DNA of 63,953 nucleotides, filler included, from an uncultured Methanosarcinales archaeon (GCA_964472345.1; 4 parts of 4 records of this genome joined end to end with filler, not necessarily neighbours in it); one strand, 5' to 3'. Shown: positions 18,192 through 27,559, counted from the whole stretch's first letter. Notes: a model not told the origin generated them from the letters alone. Translations and numbers: made by a program.

Positions 18192-18857
18192 CAGAACCAG
18201 CCCCACTACCAGACTCCGGCAACATTCGCGCCGCTTCCCGTCGTAAAGGCCGTCTCCGGCGACTTCGCTCCTGCAGAGCAGCGCCTGATGAGGGAATCGC
18301 TGATTGTGCTCATTTTCGGCAAGCGCGGCTCGGGAAAGAGCGCGCTCGGCTTCCGCCTGCTGGAGAATATCCATGCGGAAGCGTCGCGTCCGTGCTACGT
18401 GCTCGGAGTTTCCGCAGGGGTTCTTCCGAAATGGATCGCGCCCATCGAGGAGCTTGAGCAGGTGGGCAACGGCGGTGTCGTGCTGGTTGACGAGGGCGCC
18501 ATCGCCTTCGGCGCGCGGGAGAGCATGGCGGCCAAGAACCGCGAGCTGGGCAAGCTGATGGCCGTTGCGCGCCACAAGGACCTCACCTTGCTGTTCATCA
18601 CGCAGAACACCGGCATGCTCGACAAGAACGTGCTGAAGCTGGCGGACACGCTGCTCATCAAGGAAGGCAGCCTTCTGCAGCTCGAGATGGAGCGCCCCGA
18701 GATCAGGAAGTTCTACGAGAAGGCGAGCACCGCGTTCGGCACGCTCGATGGCGAGAAGAAGCAGTATGTGTATGTGGTTGACAGCGACTTCGAAGGCGTG
18801 ATCCGCGCAGGCTTGCCTGGCTTCTGGAGCAGCAGGGTGAGCAAGAGCAGGGCGTAG
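18192..18857 (+). CDS. Zot/FtsK-HerA-like P-loop ATPase (5' truncated by gap)
   Basis: GKRGSGKS, VLVDEG, ARHK..FITQN; frame stays open back to the gap. Confidence 0.7.
   Translation, partial: QNQPHYQTPATFAPLPVVKAVSGDFAPAEQRLMRESLIVLIFGKRGSGKSALGFRLLENIHAEASRPCYVLGVSAGVLPKWIAPIEELEQVGNGGVVLVDEGAIAFGARESMAAKNRELGKLMAVARHKDLTLLFITQNTGMLDKNVLKLADTLLIKEGSLLQLEMERPEIRKFYEKASTAFGTLDGEKKQYVYVVDSDFEGVIRAGLPGFWSSRVSKSRA
18832..18856 (+). repeat. 25-bp direct repeat copy 1 (3' end of ATPase gene)
   Basis: GCAGGGTGAGCAAGAGCAGGGCGTA identical at 19936-19960. Confidence 0.92.
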
Positions 18858-18890
18858 CTCCCTTCCCCGCTAAAGAAGGCCGCAGAGCAT

Positions 18891-19322
18891 TCACCGCTTG
18901 GCGGGGGGATGAAACTGCCGGCCGAGCTTGGGGACCACACGCAGGGCAAAAGCGATTGCCTCTTCAGCCTCGTCGCGTGTCACTTTCTTTCCGCGATAGT
19001 TGATGTCATTCCGGATCTCCCGGTAGCGGTCAGCCGTCCTGGCATCAGCCGCAGGGAGCAGTCCTTGTTCCGCCGCAAACGCGATCACCGCCTCGTGCGA
19101 GTACGGCTTGTATCCTTCCCGCGCGAGAAATGCCTGGAGCGCTTCCCGCAGCGCCTCGTAGGCGCTCTCAAACCGGAACGATGCGCTCGCTTCGTCCAAC
19201 GGAAGGCGCTGGAGGTCGGCGAGCCGCCCGTTCGCCTGCTGCAGCAGTGAGGCAGCTTCTGCCGGATCCGGGCTTCTCCTGATGGCCTTGCCCTCTTTCA
19301 CGCATTCGCCGAACGATTTCAT
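18891..19322 (-). CDS. HEPN domain protein
   Basis: SAYEALREALQAFL..SHEAVI..RNDINY; coupled to upstream MNT. Confidence 0.8.
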   Translation of the reverse strand: MKSFGECVKEGKAIRRSPDPAEAASLLQQANGRLADLQRLPLDEASASFRFESAYEALREALQAFLAREGYKPYSHEAVIAFAAEQGLLPAADARTADRYREIRNDINYRGKKVTRDEAEEAIAFALRVVPKLGRQFHPPAKR

Positions 19323-19852
19323 ACGGCCTCAAGATATCCTGAGAGGATGATGCCATTGGCCAGCGTGTTCAGGAATTCCTTCTCGATTCTCTTCGGGCGA
19401 AGCTCCTGGAGCCGTACCTTCCGGTGGAGCCGCCGCTCAAAGATGGTAAGATCAGGTCTTGCGCTCCGTGTCGTGACCACCGCGACGTCGATATCGCTTG
19501 TTTCCGTATCCTCACCTCGTGCGAACGAGCCGAAGAGGACGATGGCCTGGGGGTGGTTGTATGCATCCGTAAGGGCCGCGACAAGGCCCGATTCGTAAAG
19601 TGTGTAGAGATTGACGCTCCGCTTCAGCGCCCGGAAGCGCTCGTCATCCCGGTGCGCCTTGAGCAGCACCAGCCCCCGTTCCCTGCGCTGCACGAGGAAG
19701 CCTTCTGCCACAAGTGTTGCCGCGAGCTTCCGTATCCAGGGCAGGGAAATTTTCAGCGTCCGCTCAAGCTCGCGCAGGTGCGCCTCTCTCGTCGGGTGCT
19801 CAAGGAAGAAGCGCAGGAGCCGATCCGTTGTGCTGGTAACTAAAATTCCCAT
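19319..19852 (-). CDS. wHTH + minimal nucleotidyltransferase (MNT)
   Basis: LFGSFARGED...SDIDV. Confidence 0.88.
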   Translation of the reverse strand: MGILVTSTTDRLLRFFLEHPTREAHLRELERTLKISLPWIRKLAATLVAEGFLVQRRERGLVLLKAHRDDERFRALKRSVNLYTLYESGLVAALTDAYNHPQAIVLFGSFARGEDTETSDIDVAVVTTRSARPDLTIFERRLHRKVRLQELRPKRIEKEFLNTLANGIILSGYLEAV

Positions 19853-19935
19853 TTGAGAACTAAAATTACCATGTGATATTTAACGTTTTCGGTTGTTGGG
19901 CTCGGTGAGCGGTGGCTTCCGGCGCGTCCCTCGCG

Positions 19936-19960
19936 GCAGGGTGAGCAAGAGCAGGGCGTA
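19936..19960 (+). repeat. 25-bp direct repeat copy 2
   Basis: Identical to 18832-18856. Confidence 0.92.
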
Positions 19961-20053
19961 ATCGTGAGGAACAGATGGTTAGCTTGTTGTTCTCACGCCT
20001 CGTAGGTATACTAAATTTAATCTTATACCTTTTTATAAAAAATAAAATAAAAA

Positions 20054-20365
20054 CTATGCCGGCAGCTCCCTCCGCAGGTCAAAGTCAAACCGCGACAGGA
20101 ACTCCTCCGCTACATCGGGGTGGCGCTCCGCGAGCTGCTCGTACACGTCCTTGCTGAAGCAATGCGCGCAGATGCTCATGCCTTTGCCGCAGAAGAGGCA
20201 CGGGACCATGCCGTCGAAATCAAAGCCGTCGACCTCGGACGCGAGCGCGGGCCGCACTTCCGCAAGCCACCCCCGCATGCGCTTCGCCAGGCAGTCTGGG
20301 CAGATCGGGTTTGTGATCTCATGCGCACAAACCACACAGCTTGATTCCGTCGCGCTTTCTTGCAT
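20054..20365 (-). CDS. Cys-rich putative zinc-binding protein
   Basis: Four CxxC pairs; SD GGAGGTG before ATG 20365. Confidence 0.75.
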   Translation of the reverse strand: MQESATESSCVVCAHEITNPICPDCLAKRMRGWLAEVRPALASEVDGFDFDGMVPCLFCGKGMSICAHCFSKDVYEQLAERHPDVAEEFLSRFDFDLRRELPA

Positions 20366-20366
20366 G

Positions 20367-20582
20367 GCACACACCTCCTGCTTTCGCTGGGATTCAACAC
20401 GCGATTCCTCCCCAGCGATTGACGCCCCAGAATGAGTGTTGAACCCCGCCGCTCTCAGCTCGTCCTCATGACGAACTGGAGGGTCCAACCCTTGATGCAA
20501 TTGAGAGCCGAGGCCCTATAAGACCACAGATGCACAAGCCTTCGGATGTACTCATATCGCATGATGGTGGGGAGGTGTGTGC
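20367..20582 (-). promoter_or_regulatory. Candidate structured 5' leader RNA
   Basis: Several stems with minus-strand G-U pairs; 12-bp inverted repeat covering the SD. Confidence 0.45.
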
Positions 20583-20786
20583 GCTTTAAATAGGTTATGG
20601 TGGGGAAATATAGAGAGCATATACCCTGCCACCCCACGCGATGGGCGGGAGCGCTGCATTGTGCCGTTGCAGGCAGCGCTCAGTGGGAGCCGCCCCAACA
20701 GGACTGCGTGCGCAAAACTTTAAATAAACACAACCACTCCGCCCGCACATGAAGAGGTGGCTGAACATTCCCATCAGCAACGAACC

Positions 20787-21491
20787 ATGACCACGCTCCA
20801 CGAAGAGCTCAAGCACCGCCTTCGAAGGCGCTGGATCCGCGAATTCATCCTCGGAGGGCAGGATGGCCTCGTCAACGTCCTCGGCCTCATTCTTGGCGTT
20901 GCAGTCGCAACCAGCGATGTCAAGCTCGTGCTGATCGCGGGCATCTCCGCGCTGTTTGCGGAAAGCATCTCGATGGGCGCTGTCGCTTATACCAGCTCCA
21001 AGGCAGCGCTCGATTTCTACCACAGCATGCGTGCGATCGAGGAGCGCGAAGTGGAAGACGTGCCGGACGAGGAGCGAAAGGAGATCCGTGACATCTACGC
21101 CGCCAAGGGCTTTCGCGGCAGGCTGCTTGATCAGGCTGTCAGCACCATCACGGCTGACAAGAAGGTCTGGGTCGACACCATGATGCTCGAGGAGCTCAAC
21201 CTGGCGAAAGGGCAGGAGGAAGAGCCTCTGAAGGTCGGCTTCGTTGTCCTTGCGGCAACGGTCATCGGCTCCCTGGTACCCTTGCTGCCATTCTTCTTCC
21301 TTGATGTCAAAAACGGGGCAATTGCGGCGGTCGTGCTGTCCATCGCCGCCCTCTTCGCCGCCGGCGTAGCAAAGGCGAAGCTCACCATCGGGAGCTGGAA
21401 AAAGTCGGGCCTCGAGCTTGCGGTCATCGGCACGCTCGCTGCGGCTGTCGGGTATGGGATTGGAAAGGCGCTGGAGTGGCTGTTTCTCTAG
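20787..21491 (+). CDS. VIT1/CCC1 family Fe/Mn transporter
   Basis: ILGGQDGLV, ESISMG, MMLEEL; start could be 20757. Confidence 0.92.
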   Translation: MTTLHEELKHRLRRRWIREFILGGQDGLVNVLGLILGVAVATSDVKLVLIAGISALFAESISMGAVAYTSSKAALDFYHSMRAIEEREVEDVPDEERKEIRDIYAAKGFRGRLLDQAVSTITADKKVWVDTMMLEELNLAKGQEEEPLKVGFVVLAATVIGSLVPLLPFFFLDVKNGAIAAVVLSIAALFAAGVAKAKLTIGSWKKSGLELAVIGTLAAAVGYGIGKALEWLFL

Positions 21492-21583
21492 CCCTCTTCT
21501 TCGCCGGCCCCTGCCATTCCACTTCGGACGCTTACGCCCGTGCCCCCCACAAACCATTTAAAGGAACACCACCAACCAGCAGC

Positions 21584-22786
21584 ATGCTCATCGGCCTCGT
21601 CGGCAAGCCTTCGGTAGGCAAGAGCACGTTCTTCAAGGCAGCCACGCTTGCGGAAGTCGAAATTGCGAGCTACCCATTTACCACGATCAAAGCCAACACG
21701 GGGGTTGCGTACGTCAAGGTGCAGTGTGTCGATCGCGAATTCGGCGTGCAGTGCACCCCCCGCGAAGGGTATTGCCTTGACGGCTGGCGGTTTGTTCCCG
21801 TGCAGCTGATGGACGTTGCAGGCCTGATCCCCGGAGCGCATGAAGGCAAAGGGCTCGGCAACCAGTTCCTTGACGAGCTGCGGCAGGCGGACGTGCTGAT
21901 CCATGTCGTTGACATCGCCGGCGCGACGAACGAGCGCGGCGAGCCGGTCGCTGCCGGCAGCTACGATCCTGCAGATGACATTGCGTTCCTCGAAGAGGAG
22001 CTTGACCTATGGTATGTGGGCATCCTCATAAAAATATGGGAGAAGTTCGTGCGGCTTGCGGTGCAGGAGCAGACGGAAATAAAGCGGGCCATCGCCAGGC
22101 AGTTTTCCGGCCTTGGCGGAGTCACGGAAGAGCTTGTTGAGCGCATCCTGCAGGAGCTTGGCCTGAAGCAGAAGCCGCTCAATGAGTGGGCTGATGATGA
22201 TGTCAGGCGGTTCGCAACGGGCATCCGCAGGAAAACGAAGCCCATCATCCTCGCATGCAACAAGATTGATGTTTCCCCCGCTGCGGAGAACTTTGCGCGG
22301 ATCAGGAAGGCGCACCCCGGCCGCCTCATGGTGCCGTGCAGCGCGGAGAGCGAGATTGCGCTGCGCGAAGCCGCGAAGAAGGGGCTGGTCAGGTATGTTC
22401 CGGGCGAGGAGCGCTTTACGGTCATAAGTCCGGCGGGGCTTTCCGGGAAGCAGCAGCACGCGCTCGACTTCATCGCGGCCAAGATCCTCGGCGCCTACGG
22501 CTCGACAGGAGTGCAGCAGGTGCTCGATGCTGCGGTCTTCCAGCTCCTCAGGCAGATTGCGGTCTTCCCCGGCGGCGTGAACAACCTCGTTGACTCAAAA
22601 GGCCGTGTCCTGCCGGACTGCTTCCTGCTCCCGCCGGACGCAACTGCGCTTGATTTTGCGTTCAGGATTCACACCGACATAGGGAAGAAGTTCATCCGCG
22701 CGATTGATGTGCGGCAGAAAGTGCCCATCGGCAAGGACTCCGTCCTGAAAAATAGGGACGTGGTTGAGATTAAGACGGGCGCGTGA
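21584..22786 (+). CDS. ychF: YchF/Obg-like translation-associated NTPase with TGS domain
   Basis: GKPSVGKST, YPFTT, DVAGL, NKID, IHTDIG. Confidence 0.92.
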   Translation: MLIGLVGKPSVGKSTFFKAATLAEVEIASYPFTTIKANTGVAYVKVQCVDREFGVQCTPREGYCLDGWRFVPVQLMDVAGLIPGAHEGKGLGNQFLDELRQADVLIHVVDIAGATNERGEPVAAGSYDPADDIAFLEEELDLWYVGILIKIWEKFVRLAVQEQTEIKRAIARQFSGLGGVTEELVERILQELGLKQKPLNEWADDDVRRFATGIRRKTKPIILACNKIDVSPAAENFARIRKAHPGRLMVPCSAESEIALREAAKKGLVRYVPGEERFTVISPAGLSGKQQHALDFIAAKILGAYGSTGVQQVLDAAVFQLLRQIAVFPGGVNNLVDSKGRVLPDCFLLPPDATALDFAFRIHTDIGKKFIRAIDVRQKVPIGKDSVLKNRDVVEIKTGA

Positions 22787-22917
22787 TTTCTCAAAGCTCA
22801 GCGCGTTGGTGAAAAGTCCTGAGCATGATTCCGAAGGCTTCAAAACCTGCAAAAGTTTGGCTGGAGCGGGCCGCGGGCGAGCAGAACCGGACGGCCATAC
22901 CCCCGCTCAATGGCCCA

Positions 22918-24369
22918 TCACTCCACCACCACATCGCTGAGCGCCTGGTGCAGGATGGCCGTGACGCCGAGCTTGTTCTTTCCAGTCGTCTTCGCGCGGT
23001 ACAGCGCCTCGTCCGCCTTCTTCAGCAGCGCAGCAGCATCAACGATCCGATCCCGGCAGAAGACAAGGCCAGCGCTGATCGTCACCCTTCCGGACGGCTG
23101 CTGCTCGCGGTGCGGAAACGGATAATCCGCAACTGCCTGCTTCAGCTCCTGCAGCAGCGCCCGCGCGTCAACAATGTCCATGCCCGGCAGCGCGACGATA
23201 AACTCCTCTCCGCCGTACCGCGCGAGCTGCCCGTGCTGCCCCAGCCGCGTTGCCAGCAGCCTGGCCAATTCGCGCAGCAGCTGATCGCCCGCAGGATGCC
23301 CGTGCTGGTTGTTGTACGTACGAAAATCGTCAACGTCGAGCAGTGCAAGCACATAGGAAGCCTCCCGCGGGTATGTTCCCTCAAGAACCTGGAAGAAACG
23401 GGCGCGGTTCGCCAGCCCTGTCAGCTGGTCGGTGATCGCCATCTGCCTGATGGTTGCGTACTGCTGCGCGTTCCGCACGGCAAGCGCCATGGGCTTTGCG
23501 AGTGCCGAGAGCATATCAAGAGCGCGTGAATCATGCTGCGGAGAAAAGATCAACAATGCGCCAACAAGCTCCGTGGTGCTGAGCAGGGGCACTGCGATCA
23601 TTGCAAGGCCCTTTACTGCTGTTATGTCAATGCCCTTGAAGAGGATATCCTGGTCCGGATTGCGCACGACGAGGGGGCTTTTCGCTGCCGTGAGATGGCG
23701 GAGGAGCGCCTGTTCGATGGCGGCAAGGCGCGGATCTCCTGTGCGGCTGGTGCCGCCCGGGATTGCCATGATGGTGCAGTCCGCCTGCATGGCGCGCTGC
23801 ACGGCGAACGCGAGCCTCGGCAGGAGCTGTTCAAATTCAAGCGATGCCACGCTGATCTCACTTATCTCCAGGAGCGAACGGACGACGCTCCCGTCCTGGT
23901 GGTGCGCTTTTTCGTGCGTCAGCATACTCGAAAGGATTGCAGCGAGCAGCCTTGCTGCGTTCTTGTGCGTCTCCTGAAGCCGAGGAAGCTGCGCCCCAAG
24001 CAGTTCAAGCTCTCCGAGCCGGAGGGATGCGATGCCGCTTGCGGAAGCGATGTTCATCTCCTGGGCCGCGAACGGGCCGAGCACCACGGCCCCAATGACC
24101 TGCTCATCAACCTTGAGCGCCGCGAGCAGTGATTCCGAGCCATCGGGGTAGCGCGCACGCTCATGCTGCTGGGCCAGCGCGTCGCGGCGGGCTGCGGCGT
24201 ACTGCGCAGCAGCGGACTGCTCGAGGCGCTCGGCGTGCGCCGGCATGCCTGCGCGGGCAACGATTATCCCTTGGACGTCGCTGCACGCCATGGGAATCTG
24301 GAGAACGGCGTGGCATCTGCTGATCATATCCTGAAGCAGTGCAGCGTGGGCGGCGAGGTGCATTGTCAT
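22918..24369 (-). CDS. Diguanylate cyclase (PocR-like sensor + GAF + GGDEF)
   Basis: TDQLTGLANR, DVDDF..YN..GHPAGD, RYGGEEF, ADEALYRAK. Confidence 0.92.
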   Translation of the reverse strand: MTMHLAAHAALLQDMISRCHAVLQIPMACSDVQGIIVARAGMPAHAERLEQSAAAQYAAARRDALAQQHERARYPDGSESLLAALKVDEQVIGAVVLGPFAAQEMNIASASGIASLRLGELELLGAQLPRLQETHKNAARLLAAILSSMLTHEKAHHQDGSVVRSLLEISEISVASLEFEQLLPRLAFAVQRAMQADCTIMAIPGGTSRTGDPRLAAIEQALLRHLTAAKSPLVVRNPDQDILFKGIDITAVKGLAMIAVPLLSTTELVGALLIFSPQHDSRALDMLSALAKPMALAVRNAQQYATIRQMAITDQLTGLANRARFFQVLEGTYPREASYVLALLDVDDFRTYNNQHGHPAGDQLLRELARLLATRLGQHGQLARYGGEEFIVALPGMDIVDARALLQELKQAVADYPFPHREQQPSGRVTISAGLVFCRDRIVDAAALLKKADEALYRAKTTGKNKLGVTAILHQALSDVVVE

Positions 24370-24408
24370 AGGAGAGAATGCATTATTCTTAAATGTTCAT
24401 GTCATCCA

Positions 24409-24747
24409 CTAGACAAGCTTCAGGCTGCTGACGAGCCGGTCGATTTCCGCGTCATCCGCAGGGCCGAGCGCGCCGCAGGTCTTCGTTCCAGGCTCAACCA
24501 CCGTCCTGCCCGCATCGGTGATCAGGGCGGTGACGATCCCTGCGTCCTTTGCCTGCTGCAGGTAGTTGAGCAGCTCGCGCTCCCCGTCCACCTTGAGAAC
24601 GACCTTCGCCATGCCTTCCTGGCGCCATGCCCTGACGAGCTTTTCCGGCGAGCGCAGCGCCGCCTCGACCGCGGCGTGCGCTGCCTGCGCGGCGAGCTTG
24701 CCCTTGGGCAGCTTCAGGTCCTGACGCACGAGGATAGCCTGTTTCAT
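24409..24747 (-). CDS. pth2: Peptidyl-tRNA hydrolase Pth2
   Basis: KGKLAAQAAHA, DAGRT. Confidence 0.95.
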   Translation of the reverse strand: MKQAILVRQDLKLPKGKLAAQAAHAAVEAALRSPEKLVRAWRQEGMAKVVLKVDGERELLNYLQQAKDAGIVTALITDAGRTVVEPGTKTCGALGPADDAEIDRLVSSLKLV

Positions 24748-24800
24748 CGCCGGCGGGAGGCGCACGAACCTTTTTAAATCATTGGGTTCTTGTGCAGTGC

Positions 24801-25700
24801 ATGTCCGCAGAGCTTTCGGAAGAGGCACGGCAGCAGTTCATCCGTGCCGGGAAAATATCCGCAGAGGCGCTCGCATACGGAAAAAGCCTTATCAGGCCGG
24901 GCGTGCGCGTCGTGGATGTCCTTGACCGGATCGAGGAGAAGATTGCCGCACTGGGAGGGGCGTGCGCGTTCCCTCCGCAGATATCGCTCAATGACGTCGC
25001 GGCGCATGCCTGTCCTGATGCGGACGACCAGACCATCCTTGGGGATCAGCTCGTCAAGCTTGACCTTGGCGCGCATGCTGAAGGTGCGGTGACGGATACC
25101 GCGGTGACGATCGATCTGAGCGGCAGCTGGGGCGAGCTTGTCAAGGCGACGCGCGAGGCGCTCGACGCTGCGCTGAAGCTTGCTGTTCCAGGAACGGCTA
25201 TTGGCGGCATCGGCAAGACAATCCAGGAAGTGATCCAGAGCCATGGCTTTCAGCCGGTGCGCAACCTCAGCGGGCATGGAATCGGGCACTTCACCATCCA
25301 TACCGCACCGAGCATCCCGAACATTGATACAGGGGACCGGCGGACGCTCGAGGAAGGGATGACCATCGCCATCGAGCCTTTTGCGAGCACCGGTGCGGGT
25401 TTTGTCTATGAGAGCGGAGCGGCGGGCGTGCTCATGCTCACCGAAAAGAAGCCCGTCAGAAGCACCATCACGCGGGACGTCCTGCAGCACATCGGGCAGT
25501 ACCGGGGGCTGCCGTTCGCCCGCAAGTGGCTGACACGTGCGTTCGGCAGCGGGAAGACGAATTTTGCGCTGCGGCAGCTCGCGCAGCTCGGTGTCCTTCA
25601 TGAGTATCCCCCGCTGGTTGACCGGAGCCACGGGATGGTGTCCCAGGCAGAAGCGTCGGTGCTGATTGCGGAGAAGCCCATCGTGCTGACCAAGGTGTGA
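24801..25700 (+). CDS. map: Methionine aminopeptidase type II
   Basis: AFP..S.N..AAH, KLDLGAH, DTA, NLSGH, IEPF. Confidence 0.95.
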   Translation: MSAELSEEARQQFIRAGKISAEALAYGKSLIRPGVRVVDVLDRIEEKIAALGGACAFPPQISLNDVAAHACPDADDQTILGDQLVKLDLGAHAEGAVTDTAVTIDLSGSWGELVKATREALDAALKLAVPGTAIGGIGKTIQEVIQSHGFQPVRNLSGHGIGHFTIHTAPSIPNIDTGDRRTLEEGMTIAIEPFASTGAGFVYESGAAGVLMLTEKKPVRSTITRDVLQHIGQYRGLPFARKWLTRAFGSGKTNFALRQLAQLGVLHEYPPLVDRSHGMVSQAEASVLIAEKPIVLTKV

Positions 25701-26363
25701 ATGATGGCATTCCAGGAGATGAGCCGCGCGGAAAAAGCGGTTGTGGTGCTTTCCTATGTGCTGCGGGCGAGCATTGCTGCTGCCATTGTGGGGGCTGCAT
25801 GGAAAGCACAGTGGCTCACCCTCTTCCTCGCGTCGTTCATCCTGATCCTGACATTCCTGCCGTTCTTTCTCCAGCGGAGGCACCATGTCCACCTTCCAAC
25901 GGAATTCGAGCTTGCCATCGTCGTCTTCATTTACGCCGCGCTCTTCCTCGGCGAGGTGCATGCGTATTACACCCAGCTCTGGTGGTGGGATCTCGTGCTG
26001 CATGCAGGCTCGGGGCTGCTCTTCGGGTTTGCCGGGTTCTTGATCATCTACACCCTGAACTACCAGGTTCGGCTGCAGCTGAAGATGGCGCCCGGCTACG
26101 TCGCGCTGTTCGGCTTCACCTTCGCGGTTGCCGCCGGCGCCATCTGGGAGATCTTTGAGTTCGTAGCGGATGCGTCCTTTGGCCTGAACATGCAGAAGTC
26201 GGGGCTGCTGGACACCATGGGGGACCTGATCGTCGATGCGCTCGGCGCGCTGCTCGTTTCCGTCCTCGGCTATGTGTACCTGAAGAAAGGGGAAATGCTG
26301 CTGTTCACGCGCCTCGTGCGGCGCTTTGTGGAGAAGAATCCGGGGCTGTTCGGGGTGAAGTAA
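25701..26363 (+). CDS. Membrane protein (DUF2238-like)
   Basis: WWDLVLH, AIWEIFEF..D, DTMGDL. Confidence 0.75.
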   Translation: MMAFQEMSRAEKAVVVLSYVLRASIAAAIVGAAWKAQWLTLFLASFILILTFLPFFLQRRHHVHLPTEFELAIVVFIYAALFLGEVHAYYTQLWWWDLVLHAGSGLLFGFAGFLIIYTLNYQVRLQLKMAPGYVALFGFTFAVAAGAIWEIFEFVADASFGLNMQKSGLLDTMGDLIVDALGALLVSVLGYVYLKKGEMLLFTRLVRRFVEKNPGLFGVK

Positions 26364-26376
26364 TTCTTCGGCATGC

Positions 26377-26418
26377 TGGCGAATCTCGTTCGTTATAGGG
26401 CTTTTCCGAGATTTGCTC
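26377..26418. repeat. Solo 42-bp palindrome of the double-hairpin family
   Basis: GCGAATCTCG...CGAGATTTGC, same length as 16461-16502 and 58619-58660. Confidence 0.65.
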
Positions 26419-26421
26419 TAA

Positions 26422-26741
26422 GAGCCTATCCCATTAGGCGTTTAGCAGCCTAAGGTCGAACGCCTGTGGTTAAACCAGCAAGGGCGTCGCGGGGGGTTGC
26501 CGAGGCTCTGCCGAGCGCAACTAGAGAACGGAGCGAAGCGGAGTGAACGTGGATGCACCCGAGCGGAGCGAGCGGTGTGCCAGCAATCGCGGATTGCTCC
26601 GCACCCCATACGGGAACGGTTCCGGCTTCGCTGGAACTCAGGAACGCAGCGAAGCGGAGTGACCTTACAGCCCAATCTGATTTATGCGGCGAAGCGTTCG
26701 AAGCTGCTAAACGCCCCCGTTTCGTCTATTGGGATAGGCTC
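26422..26741. mobile_element. Nested MITE-like element A
   Basis: Outer TIR GAGCCTATCCCA, TAA on both sides; inner IR GGCGTTTAGCAGC (26437-26449/26703-26715). Confidence 0.82.
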
Positions 26742-26770
26742 TAAGCCTCGCCGCCGCTTTTCCCCACTGG

Positions 26771-27013
26771 TCACTTCAGTCCCAGCTCCTCTTTGATATG
26801 CCTCTCGATCACGCGCGACATGTTCAGGCTGTGCCTCTTGCAGTGGCCCCGGAACTTCCGCAGCAGAGCGCCGTCGATCGTGAAGTTGGCGCGCTCGCGG
26901 TAGCTGAGCTTCGGCAGCTTCTTGGTCCGCTCGTACTCGAGCAGCGCTTCGAAGACCTCGGGATGCTCGCGGATGACCTTGTCGATGAGCTCACGCTTAT
27001 TCTTCGATGACAT
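26771..27013 (-). CDS. Putative antitoxin with C-terminal ribbon-helix-helix
   Basis: RANFTID..L...NMSRVIE; overlaps the Doc gene. Confidence 0.65.
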   Translation of the reverse strand: MSSKNKRELIDKVIREHPEVFEALLEYERTKKLPKLSYRERANFTIDGALLRKFRGHCKRHSLNMSRVIERHIKEELGLK

Positions 27014-27332
27014 TTTTTATCACCCGTTCGATGACCTCTGTGTTGGTTGTTTTTTTCTTGATGAGGTGAACCACCGCCTGTGCGACCTTTTCGGGGCGGT
27101 AATGGAAATCATCTGCCTCAAGGTAAAACATGATGACCGCAGCGGCAGTGCGCTTGTTGCCGTCTTCAAAGACGTGGTCGGCAAGGATGGCGCGCACGAG
27201 CAGCGCCGCACACCGAAGCCAGTTCCTGCTCCGCCGCTGGATCTCAATGGCATAATCAAGGCTGCTTTCGTTGCTCAGCCGGCCGTTGTGGAACTGCTGG
27301 TTGATTGCAACGATGTCTTTTTTTGAGAGCAT
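26997..27332 (-). CDS. Fic/Doc family toxin
   Basis: HVFEDGNKRTA Doc-type motif. Confidence 0.85.
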   Translation of the reverse strand: MLSKKDIVAINQQFHNGRLSNESSLDYAIEIQRRSRNWLRCAALLVRAILADHVFEDGNKRTAAAVIMFYLEADDFHYRPEKVAQAVVHLIKKKTTNTEVIERVIKNVIEE

Positions 27333-27559
27333 TTGTGTGTATAAATAAGTAGTTATATTTAAATTTCACTAATTTTATACATATCTATACTTATAAAAGC
27401 GTTGAGCGTGCCGTTCGGATTGGGCCAGCCGGGCGGAGCGAAATCTTTGCCGCGCCGCAAGCTCGCAGGCGCAGACACTTTTCCACGGAGCCCAGCCGAC
27501 CAAAACACTTATAAATAAGCGAAGCTTACAGTACGCAATGCATACTTTATGAGGGCTCA

